Origin: Lama guanicoe
Lineage: Eukaryota
Reading direction: 5' to 3'
DNA length: 64,000 nucleotides
Assembly: GCA_013239625.1 (NCBI GenBank)
Contig: MU054323.1
Coordinates: 248,001-312,000 of the forward strand
Shown: one piece after another, positions 63,427 through 64,000 of the stretch
How the letters are laid out: each line of letters starts with the position of its first letter
Numbering within the stretch: the stretch's first letter is position 1
Program-made: the position numbers and the translations under genes
The notes under the pieces: generated by a model
The model's input: only the letters and a program-made list of their open reading frames with translations
The model's database searches: none
Told to the model about the DNA's origin: nothing

Positions 63427-63773
63427 TTATTTATTTATTTTCAAACAAGGGGGGCGCCCCTCTCCTTTCAATTTAAAACTGGAAACATCCTGCGGTCTCG
63501 TTCCTAAATAGGCGCGTCCTCTCCCTCCCACTTTGCACCCTCGATCCAGCCTCCCTTCCGAGATCACACACAAGCAGCCTCCCCAACCCCTCCCGCACGG
63601 CCTCGCTGGACTTTCCTCTCCCGCTCAGCCGCGCACACACAAGCAGTCCAGGCGGGGACTGGGTTAGGAGCCTCTGAATCGCCCCCTAACCCCAACGACA
63701 CCCCCGAAGCCCTCCCGAAAAAAATTTATTTAAATGCCAAGCAATTGCCAGGCCCGCAGGGTGTGTGCTGCAT
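63427..63773 (-). other. MYCNOS: Disabled (non-coding) ortholog of the NCYM/MYCNOS ORF
   Basis: ATG at 63773 gives MQHTPCGPGNCLAFK* (TAA 63728-63726); later segments in shifting frames read EGFGGV, GGDSEAPNPVPAWTACVCAAERE, LGRLLVC and CKVGGRGRAYLGTRPQDVSSFKLKGEGRPPCLKINK* (TAA 63429-63427), matching human NCYM as recalled (MQHPPCEPGNCLSLK...LGTRPLDVSSFKLKEEGRPPCLKINK). Confidence 0.85.
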
Positions 63774-63899
63774 TGCACCGCTCGGCACGCAGCTGGTTCG
63801 CAGAGTGCACCGGGTGCAAGCCCGGGGGTCTAAAAGGGCGGGAGGAGCACGCCCCGGGCTTCCCAGCTTTGCAGCCTCCTCTCTGCAAAGAAGAAAAGC

Positions 63900-64000
63900 A
63901 AGTGGCTTTTGGCGCGAAAGCCTTGGCGCCTCCCCTGATTTTTATGGAAATCAAGAGGGCGGGGTAAAGCCGCTTTCCTCTGCCTTTCTCCCTCCCCCTT
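63900..64000 (+). promoter_or_regulatory. MYCN: MYCN proximal promoter: E2F sites, GC box, CT box
   Basis: Overlapping inverted E2F sites TTTGGCGC (63908-63915) / TTTCGCGC (63919-63912); further CTTGGCGCC 63922-63930; GGGCGGGG 63957-63964; CCCTCCCC near 63990-63997; sequence matches the human MYCN promoter as recalled. Confidence 0.88.

Larger units (their letters stand above)
63100..64000. promoter_or_regulatory. MYCN: CpG island at the MYCN 5' end (continues past the window)
   Basis: Very high GC and CpG density; contains the recognised MYCN promoter and NCYM-orthologous sequence. Confidence 0.88.

Noticed and set aside
63085..63967. Several 74-140-aa ORFs in the CpG island
   Set aside because: Stop-poor GC-rich frames; none is MYCN (its coding exons lie beyond the window) and none corresponds to the NCYM-orthologous reading

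Overview
This is mammalian genomic DNA, most likely from a camelid: it carries a Vic-1-type tRNA-derived SINE and several camelid-type L1 3' ends. The window appears to be the ~64 kb immediately upstream of MYCN. Its last ~900 bp form a CpG island containing what I recognise from memory as the MYCN proximal promoter (overlapping E2F sites TTTTGGCGCGAAA, a GC box and a CT box); MYCN exon 1 should start just beyond the right edge. I find no credible intact protein-coding gene. The most striking feature is on the minus strand at 63773..63427: a recognisable ortholog of the hominine de novo ORF NCYM (MYCNOS). It keeps the start ATG and the terminal stop but has a stop at codon 16 and several frameshifts, so it looks like a non-coding precursor state. 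The rest is repeat-rich gene desert (L1, L2, MIR, MaLR/ERVL LTRs, a young ERV1-type solo LTR, hAT remnants). Non-repetitive stretches between the repeats hold transcription-factor motif clusters that are candidate MYCN enhancers or insulators. Repeat subfamily names and all human sequences used for comparison are recalled from memory, so they need RepeatMasker/BLAST confirmation. Repeat boundaries are approximate unless a TSD is given.
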